Origin: Malacoraja senta
Taxonomy: Eukaryota
Assembly: GCA_038087875.1 (NCBI GenBank)
Contig: CM075987.1
Span: forward strand, 16,742,001 to 16,806,000
DNA length: 64,000 nucleotides
Direction of reading: 5' to 3'
Positions 1-12,845 of the stretch are shown here, piece by piece (the first letter of the stretch is position 1; each line of letters opens with the position of its first letter). The position numbers and the translations under genes are program-made. Under the pieces are notes generated by a model. The model was not told where the DNA came from. It saw nothing but the letters and a program-made list of their open reading frames with translations, and did not search any database.

Positions 1-133
1 GATGCAGAATGGGCTAAGCAGCTTCCTTCTGTGTTGTATCATTCAATTATTCTGTGAATTTCAGCCTGCAACTCTTTGAAACTCCTCGGTAGGTAAAAAG
101 CAAGGCAAAAGATGCTGTAAATTGCTGGAGATC

Positions 134-500
134 ATAGGGTCATAAGTGATAGGAGCAGAATTAGGCCATTCGGCCCATCTACACCATTCAATCATGGCAG
201 ATTTATTTCTCCCTTCTAACCCCATTCTCCTGCCTTCTCCCCATAACCCCCAACACCTGTACTAATCAAGAATCTATCTATGTCTGCTATAAAAAATATC
301 TATTGACTTGACCTGCACAACTTTAGGTGGCAAAGAATTCCATAGATTCACCACCCTCTGACTAAAGAAATTCCTCCTCATCTCCTTCCTAAAGGAACGT
401 CCTTTAATTCTGAGACTATGACCTCTAGTCCTAGGCTCTCCCACTAGTGGGAAAATCCTCTCCACATCCACTTTATCCAAGCCTTTCACTATCCGGGAAG
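134..500 (-). mobile_element. CR1 LINE 3' fragment
   Basis: ORF 274-489 has TRGHSLRIK...FFSQRVVNLWNSLP, followed by CR1 3' UTR. Confidence 0.85.
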
Positions 501-816
501 GTCATACCTCTAAATAAACATACCCTCACTTCATGATCTCCTAATGGCTGTCTCCTGCTGTGATAGTAATCTGTAGAAACAGAGGTTTGAGGATTATTTG
601 ATGGCAGCTGGTAAGGACTGGGATGGAGTCACTGTGCAGACACTGGGAGAGATCAGTTCCTTTATGATCAAGTCACACCAAGCCTACTGGGTGTGTTACT
701 TGTAAGATTGCAAAGGAAGCTCATAGGGAATTAACAGCCAATGTGAGACTATTGTAAGTCCAGTGGCCCATGGCCTAGATGTTTGAAGAACAAACAATGG
801 AATGATTTACATTCAA

Positions 817-1180
817 TAGTGAAAGGCTTGGATAGAGTGGATGTGGAGAGGGTGTTCCCACTAGTGGGAGAGTCTAGGACTAGAGATCATAGTCTTAGAA
901 TTAAAGGACATTCTTTTAGGAAGGAGATGAAATTAAATTTCTTTAGTCAGAGTGTGGTGAATCTGTGCAATTCTTTTCTGCTAGAAGGCTGTAGAGGCCA
1001 AGTCAGTGGATATTTTTAAGGCAGAGATAGATTGATTTTTGATTAGTACAGGTGTCAGAGGTTATGGGGAGAAGGCAGGAGAATGACGTTAGGAGGGAGA
1101 GATAGATCAGCCATGATTGAATGGCAGAGTAGACTTGATGGGCCGGATGGCCTAATTTTGTTCCTATCACATATAACCTT
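817..1180 (+). mobile_element. CR1 LINE 3' fragment
   Basis: GLDRVDVERVFPLVGESRTRDHSLRIKG plus 3' UTR. Confidence 0.85.
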
Positions 1181-1289
1181 ATGACCAAATTCCTAACTAA
1201 TTTTAGAATAGCAAACCAACCTCTATTCACTATCTTTGGTGGGGAGGATGGACTGTTCAAAATGTTTTGCTTGAAATGTTTTTACCCAA

Positions 1290-1940
1290 CTTCACAAGTG
1301 TTTATTTGCCATATGAAGAGAACAATAACATTCTTTGTTGCTGCAGCTTTACAGGCACGTTAGAGGCAATAATAACGATATACAATAAATTATCGATTAA
1401 TGTTAGTGCAAAAAAACAAAATACATAGAGCAACCATAGTAGTGCAAAGTGTGCTGAGGTAGGGTTGTGGTTAAGGTTGTGCAGAGTGGTTCAAGAACCT
1501 GATGGTTGATGGAAAGAAACTGTTCTTAAACCTGAAAGTTAAGGTTCTCAGGCTTCTGTACCCTCTTCCTGATGGTAGCAGCAAAATGAGAGCATGGTCA
1601 GGATGCTATGGATCTTTGATGATGTTAACTGCCTTCTTGATTCCTGTGGATCCCTTCAATGATGAGAAGGACAATGCCTGTGATGGACCGGGCAATGTCC
1701 ACCACTTTCTGCAACCCGATCATTCTTTAGCGTCTGAGTAACAGAACCAGGCCGTGATGCATACAGTCAATATGCTCTCTACTGCACACCTGTACAAGTC
1801 CAATAGGGTATTTGCCAACATGCTGAATCTCTTCAAACTTCTGAGGAAGTAGAGGCATTGTTGAGCTTCTTTGTGATTGCATCAATGTTCTGGGTGAAGA
1901 CAAATCATCAGAGATGTGTACGCCCAGGAACGAACCATAC
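1290..1940 (-). mobile_element. Decayed Rex1/Babar- or L2-like LINE 3' fragment
   Basis: FLGVHISDDLS motif in ORF 1727-1942 and degenerate downstream RT-associated sequence. Confidence 0.55.
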
Positions 1941-4900
1941 ACCTATTTAAATTGGCAGGATGGCAGACATTGGGGTTTTTTCTCTCCTGAATGTAAAAAC
2001 AAATGTCTGATCTTTCCAACTAAGTTCACAAAATTGACTTCCCACTATGTCCATTTGTTTATTAAAAATTAAATGCTTTTCCTTCTGTTGAAAAATACCT
2101 GGAGGTTCAAGGCTCGAGTTCTAAGGCTGGAGATACTGTGGCTCTTTACCTTTAAATAGGGCTCATAATGAGAGTTGAGGAGTAGAGGAAGGGTGAGCCT
2201 GAAGCACCAGTTCGGATCGAACCCTTACAGTGGGTGCTGATATGCAGGTTCATAATGAAATAGACAAACTCAAGGCTGATGTCAGGAAGACCAACTTTAC
2301 AGAGCAGAAAAGCTGACAGAATGGACTCTGGGGAACAACACCCAGGGACAGGTATCTGCTAAAATGTGCCAACAGAAGAACAGGTGTCTACTAAAATGGA
2401 CCTACAGGAGCATGTGTAGTTTTCTCATCAAAGCAGGAAGTGGCCTCCACCTCTGTGCCTACCTTGTGACTCAAGTGCTGGATTCAACTGTGCCTTTTAG
2501 ACCGAGAATTGTAACCGAGCAAAGGTTTCTCTGCTCTCACACTATTGGCTGCAATCTTGGTCACTCTTTGTCTACCAATAAATGCACAGCAATTCATGTT
2601 GCATGGTTTTTTTTTAAACAACCAACATACTATGGAGGCAAAAGTTCCAAAGTGGGAGCAGAGAAGCCAAAGTTTACTCTTCTGGTCAAGATGTTTTAAT
2701 AATCAGTAATGCTGTCTTGCAGATCTCTTTGTATACTGCATTTCATTTGCAAACATGTAGAAATGTCTGACTTGCATTGGGAGCATTTCCTTAGGATGGA
2801 TCAATGTTGTACCACAAATTGATATTTTCGTCACTGCTCTTTACACTGTTCAGCTGGTCTGAGTTTTAAAAAAAGATCGTTTTGAATTAAATATTTGTGT
2901 TTTATGTTTCTTCGCCAGCCCCTTTCCTAGATAGTGTTTCCAGGAAACAGTGTTACAGTAATTTACAGTGTTATTGTTAATTAACGCAAAAATACATGTC
3001 CCTGAGGAATGTTTCTGAGACAAGCTAAAAAATATTCAGGAATGAACACAAGGAACTGCAGATGGTGGAATCTTGAACGAAGCACAAAATGCTGGAGGAA
3101 CTCAGGCAATCAGGCGGCAACTGTGTGGGGAATGGACAGGCAACATTTCAGGTCAGGTCCCTTCATTAATCTGAGCAGCACCAGTTATACCTAAAAATTA
3201 AGTGTTAACTGGAGAAACTGGATCACAGGATTCAATGCGCAGAAAACAGCTGAAGAGCTAGAAATAGACAAGCGATCTCTCAATCAAATTCTTTGATGCT
3301 GATAAATCTAGTCCTAAATGGTGATGATCAGTGCTTTTTTTAAAGACATAAAGGTGCCAGTACGTAATCAATTAAAAATTAAGCTACATTTCCAACAATA
3401 TTTTTCCATCAATATACTCCCCCCCCCCTTTCTGTTTTGATATTGTAACCAATCAACGTCTAATTTAATAAAGTAATAACTAAAAAAAGTATTAAATCAA
3501 CACACGTTAAAATTAAACATATTGTTAAAATAATGACAGAAGATTCTAAATTTTGTCCAAGTCAAAAGCAATTTTCCAATTTTGTTCTTTGCTGTTGATG
3601 TCCCTGGAGTAACCGTTAATTAACGTCGCTTTTTGTAATGAAATTGATCATTTATAATTGAAGAGGGTAAGAATGAATAAGCTAAAAATTAGAACATTTG
3701 TTGTTTAACATTTTAGAAGTAACCGTCACAAAAATAGCATTGGTGGTGGACAAATATATACATAACAGCAGGCAGAGGTTCCAAGGACAACCCCAATCTT
3801 CAAGGATGGTTGGTCCAGAATATGAGCCTGAAAAATAAGGATGAACCTCATCGAAATTAGATTGTGAGCCAATATCTGATTTGTCCTTCAGACGAACATT
3901 GAGATTAAATCACATTGCCTGTTGCCACTACTGATTGGATGGTTTAGTGAGGTCCTTGGATTGGCCCCAATAGAGTCACCAACGGTACTGGCAGAGGGCA
4001 GAGAAGACGATCAAACTTGATTAGACGTTGAAGATGGTGAAAATGTCAGAGAATGGTGTGTTGGGTGTGGAGGCTGGTGGGGTGAAAGGTGAGGGCCAGG
4101 GCAACTCTATCCATGTTCCGTCCAGGGTTAGGGGGGACGAGAATAGAACTATGGGACACAGAGGAGATGTAGGTGAGGGATCCATCTATGATAGCAGGGG
4201 GATACTACATTTAGTAAAGAAAGAGGACATCTGGGAGAAGATGTGGCAGAGATGCAGAAATTAAAAGTAGGGGATAACATCTTTACAAGAGGCAGAATGG
4301 GAGGAGGTGTAGTCCAGATAACTGGGAGTTGGTGGGTTTATGGTAGATGTCAGTCAATAATCTGCCCTCTGTGATGGAGACAAGAGAGATCAAAAGGGGA
4401 GAGATAGTTCAAGATATCTCTCTTCCCTTACTGGATAATTAAGTCCCAGTTTATCCAACCTTTTAACATATGTCCGCAAGCCCAGAACACAAAGTGTTGG
4501 AGTATCTCAGCGGATCAGGCAACATCTCCGGCAAAAATGGATAGGTGACATTTCAGGTTGGACTAGTGAATCTCTTAAGGACATGATTCCTGTAACAGGG
4601 TGACTAGAAATTGACACCGTTGAATTTGTGTAGAGTTTGCACACACTCCAGATGCTCCGTTTTCCTCTCACATCCCAAAGACCTATTGGTTTATGGGGTG
4701 AAGAAACAATAAATTGTACATGCTGGTTTACAAAGAGGACAAAGTGCTGGAGGTTAATAGGTGCTTTATAGGTCAATTGGTCTCTGTAAATTGCCCCTAG
4801 AGTGTAGGGCGTGGACAAGAAAGTAGGATAACATAGAATTAGTGAGAACCGGTGATCAATGGTTGGTGTGGACTAGATGGGCCCAAGGGCCTGTTTCCAT

Positions 4901-5609
4901 GCTGTATCTCTAAAGGAAACCGCATAGCAGGATAACTTGCCTTTGATGGCACTGCAATTTATGTTCTCTCTGGATGAAACTATGACAAATATTTGCCTCA
5001 ACGCCCCTACCCGACATCCTCAAGAAATGTTCTTGCCTGAGGATAGGAAGAGTTCATTTTAAAATGCAAGCAGCTGGTGACATTGCATCAACATTGACAG
5101 TTCTGATCAACACTTCATGGTTCCAACCCCAGCTGCAAATGGAAGCAATGAAACCTTTCTAATCTGGGCGTGCGTGGGCACACGGTGGTGCCTGTGTCCT
5201 ACTGCAGTTGTGCAGGGCTCTGGTGAGACCGCACCTGGAGTATTGGGTGCAATTTTGGTCTCCTAATTTAAGGAAGGACTAAATTAAGGAAGGATTATTG
5301 CTATTGAGGGAGTGCAGCGTAGGTTCACCAGGTTAATTCCCGGGTAGGCGGGACTGACATTTAATGAAAGAATGGGTCGACTGGGCTTGTATTCACTGGA
5401 ATTTAGGATGAGAGGGGATCTTCCAGAAACATATACAATTCTTAAAGGATTGGATAGGCTAGATGCAGGAAAAATGTTGGGGGAATACAGAACCAGGGGT
5501 CGAACTGTGATCCCATTCTTTCATCATACGTACAATAACATTTTAAAAGACATTTTGGGTCGGGGCCCTTCTTCAGGCAATAGAAAGAAAGTAAGAATAA
5601 ATCTGCTTA

Positions 5610-6815
5610 TTTACAGGCTAACTGGTCTATAATTCCCCGTTTTCTCTCTCCCTCCTTTCTTAAAAGTGGGGTTATCTTAGTCCACAGGATCTGATCCAGG
5701 GTCGAGAGAACATTGGAAAATGATCACCAATGCATCCACGATTTCTAGGGCCAGCTCCCTGAGTACTCTGGGATGCAGACCATCAGGCCTGGGGATTTAT
5801 CTGCCTTCAGTCCCAACAGTTTATCTAACACCATTTTCTGACTAATGTGGATTCCCTTCAGTTCCTCCCTCACACTAGATCCTCGGTCCCCGAGTACTTC
5901 TGGGAGATTGTTTGTGTCTTCCTTAGTGAACACAGAACGTAAGTACTCATTTAACTGTTCCGCCATTTCCCTGTTTCCCATTAAAAATGAATCTGTCTCT
6001 GACTGTAAGGGACCTACATTCGTCTTCACTGATCTTTTCCTTTTTACATATATAGAAACTTTTACAGTCCCCTATGTCCCTGTTCCCATCCTCACTAGCA
6101 CGAGCTACTGGAAGCAACCCAGAGATAACCACCCTAGAGGTCCTGCTTTCCAGCCTCCTACCTAGTTCTCTATACTCACATTGCAGAACCCCTTCCTCTT
6201 CTTACCCACGTCATTTGTGCCCACATGCACAACTACTTCCGGCTGCTCACCTTCCCTCTCAAGGATGTTCTGAAGTCTTTCTGAGACATCTAGGACCCTG
6301 GCACCAGGGAGGAAACACACCATCCTCAAGTCTTGCCTGTCGCCATAGAATCTCCTGTCCGCACCTCAGACAATGGAGTCACCCACCATTATGGTTCTAC
6401 CTGACGTCAGTCACACCGGTCGAGTCTCAGCGCTAGGATTCAAGTCACAGACTTGTCCGCTGTTCGGACCGGAAGTGTCGTCTGCCCTGACAGCTCCCAA
6501 GAGGGTGTACCTGTTTTCAAGAGGTACTTCTACTGAGGTCTCCTGCACTCACTTTATCCCCGTCCTTTCCGTCTCTACCGGTCGCACTTCCTGCGCTCTT
6601 GGAGTGACGAACTGACTGTAGGTCCAGTCCAGGAAGGTTTTGTCATCCTGGATGGACCGCAGGTCATCCAGCTGCTGCTCCAGTTCCATAACTCGGTCCT
6701 TGAGGGGTTGCATCTGGACACAGTTCCCACAGGCATAGTGGTCAGTGACACCAGCAGTGCCCCTGACTTCCCACATCCTGAAACAAATGCACTGCAATAA
6801 CATTTCTGCCATCAC
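5610..6815 (-). mobile_element. Older, internally deleted CR1 (ORF1 and ORF2 remnants)
   Basis: ORF 6549-6815 has a Cys-rich/leucine-zipper CR1 ORF1 start; ORF 5745-6029 has ORF2 motifs (SVFTKED, KADKSPG). Confidence 0.75.
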
Positions 6816-6838
6816 AAGTTTAAATATTTAAATTAATC

Positions 6839-7675
6839 ACATAGAAAATAGGTGCAGGAGTAGGCCATTCGGCCCTTCGAGCCGGCACCGCCATTCAATA
6901 TGATCATGGCTGATCATCCAACTCAGTATCCTGTACCTGCCTTCTCTCCATACCCCCTGATCCCTTTAGCCACAAGGGCCACATCTAACTCCCTCTTAAA
7001 TATAGCCAATGAACTGGCCTCAACTACCTTCTGTGGCAGAGAATTCCACAGATTCACCACTCTCTGTGTGAAAAATGTTTTCCTCATCTCGGTCCTAAAA
7101 GATTTCCCCTTTATCCTTAAACTGTGACCCCATGTTCTGGACTTCCCCAACATCGGGAACAATCTTCCTGCATCTAGCCTGTCCAACCCCTTAAGAATTT
7201 TGTACGTTTCTATAAGATCCGCCCTCAATCTTCTAAATTCTAGCGAGTACAAGCCGAGTCTATCCAGTCTTTCTTCATATGAAAGTCCTGACATCCCAGG
7301 AATCAGTCTGGTGAACCTTCTCTGTACTCCCTCTATGGCAAGAATGTCTTTCCTCAGATTAGGAGACCAAAACTGTACGCAATACTCCAGGTGTGGTCTC
7401 ACCAAGACCCTGTACAACTGCAGTAGAACCTCCCTGCTCCTATACTCAAATCCTTTTGCTATGAATGCTAACATACCATTCGCCTTCTTCACTGCCTGCT
7501 GCACCTGCATGCCTACTTTTAATGACTGGTGTACCATGACACCCAGGTCTCGTTGCATCTCCCCTTTTCCTAATCGGCCACCATTCAGATAATAGTCTAC
7601 TTTCCTGTTTTTGCCACCAAAGTGGATAACCTCACATTTATCCACATTATACTGCATCTGCCATGCATTTGCCCA
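6839..7675 (-). mobile_element. Young 5'-truncated CR1 LINE
   Basis: Uninterrupted 251-aa ORF2 C-terminus (6923-7678) plus 3' UTR and TTTCTATG tail. Confidence 0.95.
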
Positions 7676-7810
7676 CACAACTGATTCAAGTGTAGCCTCC
7701 TTGCCTCAGCCTCCTCGCCGAAGACTCTTGAGCCAACGACTCTCACTTTACCTCACCAAGGCACTTCCCCTCAACAAGGCTGCTCCCTTAGACCTGAACT
7801 TAATTTTATC

Positions 7811-8020
7811 CGTAAATTGGAGGAAATGCACCTCATATTCCGCTTGGGCAGTCTACATCCTGGGGGCTTGAACATTGAATTCTCCCAATTCTGTTAGCCC
7901 TTGCTGTCCCCTCCCCTTCATCAGCCCTCTGGTTGTCTCCTCCCCTCCCCCAGCCCTCGGGCTCCTCCTCCGCCTTTTTCCTTTTTTCCTTTCTTCCCCC
8001 CACCCCCTATCAGTCTGAAG
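7811..8020 (+). mobile_element. Penelope-like element 3' end, left part (split by CR1)
   Basis: RKLEEMHLIFRLGSLHPGGLNIEF GIY-YIG C-terminus; near-identical to 19534-19742; continues at 10298-10424. Confidence 0.8.
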
Positions 8021-10297
8021 TTCTTCATTAGGATGGAGAGTGACATTGTTAATTCAGAAACAACGGTTCTGAACTTAAAGAAAGGTAACTTTGAGGGTAT
8101 GAGATGTGAATTGGCCAAGATTGACTGGCAATTAGTTCTAAAAGGGTTGACGGTGGATATGCAATGGAAGGCATTTAAAGACTGCATGGATGAACTACAA
8201 AAATTGTTCATCCCAGTTTGGCAAAAGAATAAATCAAGGAAGGTAGTGCATCCGTGGATAACAAGGGAAATCAGGGATAGTATCAAAGCAAAAGATGATG
8301 CGTACAAATTAGCCAGAAAAAGCAGCATACCAGAGGACTGGGAGAAATTCAGAGACCAGCAGAGGAGGACAAAGGGCTTAATTAGGAAAGGGAAAATAGA
8401 TTATGAAAGGAAACTGGCAGGGAACATAAAAACTGACTGCAAAAGTTTTTATAGATATGTGAAGAGAAAAGAGATTAGTTAAATCAAATGTAGGTCCCTT
8501 GCAGTCAGAAACAGGTGAATTGATCATGGGGAACAAGGATATGGCAGACCAATTGAATAACTACTTTGGTTCCGTCTTCACTAAGGAAGACATAAATAAT
8601 CTGCCGGAAAGAGCAGGGGGCCGCGGGTCAAAGGAGATGGAGGAACTGAGTGAAATCCAGGTTAGTCGGGAAGTGGTGTTGGGTAAATTGAATGGATTAA
8701 AGGCCGATAAATCACCAGGGCCAGATAGGCTGCATCCCAGAGTACTTAAGGAAGTAGCTCCAGAAATAGTGGATGCATTAGTGATAATTTTTCAAAACTC
8801 TTTAGATTCTGGAGTAGTTCCTGAGGATTGGAGGGTAGCAAACGTAACCCCACTTTTTAAGAAGGGAGGGAGAGAGAAAACGGGGAATTACAGACCAGTT
8901 AGTCTAACATCGGTAGTGGGGAAACTGCTAGAGTCAGTTATTAAAGATGGGATAGCAGCACATTTGGAAAGTGGTGAAATCATTGGACAAAGTCAGCATG
9001 GATTTACGAAAGGTAAATCGTGTCTGACGAATCTTATAGAATTTTTCGAGGATGTAACTAGTAGAGTGGATAGGGGAGAACCAGTGGATGTGTTGTATCT
9101 GGACTTTCAGAAGGCTTTCGACAAGGTACCACATAAGAGATTAGGATACAAACTTAAATCACACGGTATTGGGGGTTCAGTATTGATGTGGATAGAGAAC
9201 TGGCTGGCAAACAGGAAGCAAAGAGTAGGAGTAAACGGGTCCTTTTCACAATGGCAGGCAGTGACTAGTGGGGTACCGCAAGGCTCAGTGCTGGGACCCC
9301 AGCTATTTACAATTTATATTAATGATCTGGACGAGGGAATTGAAAGCAACATCTCCAAGTTTGCGGATGACACCAAGCTGGGGGGCAGTGTTAGCTGTGA
9401 GGAGGATGCTAGGAGACTGCAAGGTGACTTGGATAGGCTGGGTGAGTGGGCAAATGTTTGGCAGATGCAGTATAATGTGGATAAATGTGAGGTTATCCAC
9501 TTTGGTAGCAAAAACGGGAAGGCAGACTATTATCTAAATGGTGGCCGATTAGGAAATGGGGAGATGCAGCGAGACCTGGGTGTCATGGTACACCAGTCAT
9601 TGAAAGTAGGCATGCAGGTGCAGCAGGCAGTGAAGAAAGCGAATGGTATGTTGGCCTTCATAGCAAGAGGATTTGAGTATAGGAGCAGGGAGGTTCTACT
9701 GCAGTTGTACAGGGTCTTGGTGAGACCACACCTGGAGTATTGCGTACAGTTTTGGTCTCCAAATCTGAGGAAGGACATTATAGCCATAGAGGGAGTGCAG
9801 AGAAGGTTCACCAGACTGATTCCTGGGATGTCAGGACTTTCATATGAAGAAAGACTGGATAGACTTGGCTTATACTCGCTAGAATTTAGGAGATTGAGAG
9901 GGGATCTTATAGAAACGTACAAAATTCTTATGGGGTTGGACAGGCTAGATGCAGGAAGATTGTTCCCGATGTTGGGGAAGTCCAGGACAAGGGGTCACAG
10001 CTTAAGGATAAGGGGGAAATCCTTTAAGACCGAGATGAGGAAAAACCTTTTTCACACAGAGAGTGGTGAATCTCTGGAACTCTCTGCCACAGAGGGTAGT
10101 TGAGGCCAGTTCATTGGCTATATTTAAGAGGGAATTAGATGTGGCCCTTGTGGCTAAAGGGATCAGGGGGTATGGAGAGAAGGCAGGTACGGGATACTGA
10201 GTTGGATGATCAGCCATGATCGTATTGAATGGCGGTGCAGGCTCGAAGGGCCGAATGGCCTACTCCTGCGCCTATTTTCTATGTATCTATGTATCTA
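8021..10297 (+). mobile_element. Young CR1 LINE with near-intact RT (ORF 8499-10103)
   Basis: [30 protein letters not shown] motifs; 3' UTR and (TATCTATG) tail. Confidence 0.96.
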
Positions 10298-10424
10298 TGA
10301 AGAAGGGTTTCGGCCCGAAACGTTGCCTATTTCCTTCGCTCCATAGATGCTGCTGCACCCGCTGAGTTTCTCCAGCATTTTTGTGTACCTTGGATTTTCC
10401 AGCATCTGCAGTTCCTTCTTTAAC
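10298..10424 (+). mobile_element. Penelope-like terminal repeat, right part
   Basis: TGAAGAAGGGTTTCGGCCCGAAACGTTG...TTCCTTCTTTAACA matches 19738-19865. Confidence 0.8.
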
Positions 10425-10459
10425 AAGATACCAGAGGAGCTCCTCTAGTATCTTTGGTG

Positions 10460-10590
10460 TCCAGGGGGCGGTTGCGTGACGCGTCACGCGGGGCAGGTGA
10501 AGTCTCGCGAGGCTCCGCCCGGTGTGATGTGCGCACGCGTCAGAGACGGTCTGGTTGCTAAGGGCCGCCGGGTGTTAGCAACGGGCAGTG
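10460..10590 (+). promoter_or_regulatory. CpG-island promoter of CFAP157 with RFX X-box-like sites
   Basis: GC boxes (10464-10471, 10515-10520); palindrome GCGTGACGCGTCACGC (10474-10489); TCTCGCGAG (10503-10511); GCGCACGCG (10531-10539); GTTGCTAAGGGCC (10554-10566) and TAGCAAC (10576-10582). Lies just upstream of a ciliary gene. Confidence 0.7.
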
Positions 10591-10599
10591 GAGCAGCTG

Positions 10600-10792
10600 C
10601 AGGGACCGGCACCGGCACCGGCACCGGCAGCAACAGGACCAGCGGCACCGGTAACGGTAACGGCAGCAACAGGACCAGCGGCACCGGCAACGGCAACGGC
10701 AGCAACAGGACCAGCGGCACCGGCACCGGCACCGGTAGCGGTAGCGGCAGCAACAGCAACAGCAACACCACCACCACCACCACCAACTGCAG
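10600..10792 (+). repeat. GC-rich compound repeat in the CFAP157 5' leader
   Basis: (GGCACC)n, about three copies of a 36-bp unit GGCAGCAACAGGACCAGCGGCACCGG..., (AGCAAC)n and (ACC)n. Confidence 0.85.
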
Positions 10793-10810
10793 AGGCGACG
10801 CCAAGCCAAC

Positions 10811-10941
10811 ATGCCGCCCAAGAAGAAGGAGAGGCCCCTCACCCCGGTGTCGATCACCGACGAGAATGTGGAGCCGCTGACCGCCATGGAGCGGGAGCTG
10901 TACATCATCCAGGTCAAAGACCTGGAGGGCAGGGTGAACAG
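10811..10941 (+). CDS. CFAP157: CFAP157 coding exon 1 (MPPKKKERPLTPVSITDENVEPLTAMERELYIIQVKDLEGRVNR)
   Basis: GCCAACATG Kozak at 10811 with in-frame upstream stops. ELYIIQVKDLEGRVNR resembles the CFAP157 motif EFYHIQIRDLEDRLAR (from memory). AG|GTGAGC donor; 131 nt, ends phase 2. Confidence 0.9.
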
Positions 10942-11284
10942 GTGAGCGACCGGGGTCGGGTCGGGTCAGGTTTAGAGATTAGAGATTAGAGATTCCTTTA
11001 TTTGTCATTCAGACCTTTCGGTCTGAACGAATTTCGTCGGTTTAGGTTTATTATTATTGCCACCTGTGCCGATGCGCCGAGAAAAACTTGGTTGTGCATG
11101 TTGTGTTGTGCATGCTACACAATCAAATTAAATTATACCACACATGAATAAAACCAGCCAAACACAGATACAACGGGTAGAGTAATGAGAAATACACCAG
11201 AGATGGCAACGTTATTCAATGGTGTAGGAAGGAACTGCATTTGCTCTCTTGCAGGTGCTCACTCTTAACCAACGATGAAAAAGC

Positions 11285-12065
11285 GTCATCTTTGTTCTTA
11301 ACAACTTATTTGACTCCTCGTACTTCCTCCAAATCAAAGGCGTAGCTATGGGCACTCGCATGGGAGCTATGCCTGCCTCTTTTTAGGGTACGTTGAGCAA
11401 TCCCTGTTCCAGGTGTACACTGGCCCTATTCCCGAATTTTCTCCGTTACAATATCGACCGGATAGGGGCTACCTCCTGCACCCATGCAGAACTCGAGGAC
11501 TTCATTAACTTCACCACCAATTTCCACCCTGCACGCAAATTCACTTGGTCTATCTCCAACACCTCCCTCCCCTTTATTGATCTCATCGTCTCCATCACAG
11601 GAGATAGACTATTGACTATTTGGGCTACGCTTCTTCCCACCCAGCTTCCTGCAAAGGCTCTATCACCTACTCCCAATTGCGTCTACGCCATATATCTGCA
11701 CCCAAGATGAGGTGTTCAGTACTAGGACATCTGAGATGTCCTCATTCTTTTGGGAACGAGGGCCCCCTCTCTCATCATAGATAAGGCCATCACACGTGTC
11801 TCTTCAGTACCCTGCAGTATCCTTGCATCCCCCCCTCTCACTAGCCCTCCCCCACCCAAGTCGTAATAGCTTCAAAGTCGTATTGTTGAGTCCCATTTTC
11901 TGTATCTGGTTTTCACCTAACTCACAGCTAACACTGTCTATACCTCTCATTTCCCTTTCCCTTGACTCTCAGCCTGAAGAAAGGTCTCGATCTGAAACGT
12001 CACCTATTCCATTTCTCTAGAGATGCTGTCTGAGCCGCTGAATTACTGCAGCTTTTAGTGTCTAT
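11285..12065 (+). mobile_element. Decayed Penelope-like element (RT fragment plus terminal repeat)
   Basis: YFLQIKGVAMGTRMG, LRY.ID and LPFIDL-like PLE RT motifs; CTGAAGA...GAAACGTC at ~11974-12001. Confidence 0.75.
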
Positions 12066-12569
12066 TACTCAATAGTGCTTTTATTGTCACACGTGCAAAT
12101 GCACAGTGAAATTATTTTCTTACATACAGTCCAGTAGAGTATTCCCATACCCAAGCACACCTCAGATGGCAAGTGTACAGAAGTTCTCAGCATTACTGAA
12201 TATATTGGGTGGTGCAGCTGCTACCACAGTGTCAGTGCCTGACTTTAGTCCTGACCTTTATTTCTATCTGTGTGGAGTTTACACGTTATCCCTGTGACCA
12301 TGTGGGTTTCCTCCAAAGTTTCCACCAAAATGAAAAATATGTGTCGTATGTAGGATAAATGCCCTCTGTAAATTACCAGAGATGTGCATGGACAGGAACT
12401 TGACTCTCCATATCACTGTCCCACCAATAAAGATAGGTTCATGGACTCTCTCCTTTCCCTTCCTCAAGTTGACAATCAGCTCCTTGGTCCCACTTATGTT
12501 GCATCAAGTTTGTTGTTCTGGCACCACTCAACCAGATTATCCCTCCTGTACTTCGGGTTGTAATGGTGG

Positions 12570-12845
12570 CACTGCCTTACAGCGAATGCAGCGTCGGAGA
12601 CCCGGGTTCGATTCCGACTACGGGTGCTGTCTGTACAGTGTTTGTACGTTCTCCCCGTGACCTGCGTGGGGCTTCTCCAAGATCTCCAGTTTCCTCCCAC
12701 ATTCCAAAGACGTACAGGTTTATAGGTTAATTGGCTTGGTAAATGTAAAAATTATCCCTAGTGGATGTCGAATAGTGTTAATGTGCGGGGATCGCTGGCC
12801 AGTGGGCCGAAGGGCCTATTTCCATACTGTATTTCTAACTAAACT
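12570..12845 (+). mobile_element. V-domain (HE1-like) tRNA-derived SINE
   Basis: B-box GGTTCGATTCC, V-core TTTGTACGTTCTCCCCGTGACCTGCGTGGG...TTTCCTCCCACA, CR1-like 3' end, (CTAAA) tail. Confidence 0.75.

Noticed and set aside
2100..2420. Coding-like stretch with a ~32-bp imperfect duplication
   Set aside because: Stops in the frames examined and no recognisable homology.
3762..3827. Possible minus-strand exon after a TTATTTTTCAG acceptor
   Set aside because: No recognisable protein, weak donor and no partner exons.
7200..9922. Recurrent 130-aa Cys-rich ORF (MYVSIRS...FFTACCTCMP)
   Set aside because: Antisense shadow of CR1 ORF2, recurring with many copies.
10600..10792. 36-bp periodic array as a CRISPR
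   Set aside because: No unique spacers, no cas genes, and a vertebrate context.
10476..10989. ORFs rich in GT/GN, PA, LP or RC repeats around the CpG island
   Set aside because: Translations of the 5' leader repeat; the real CDS starts at 10811 in a different frame.
12570..12625. tRNA gene suggested by a B-box
   Set aside because: It is the head of a V-SINE; no complete cloverleaf.
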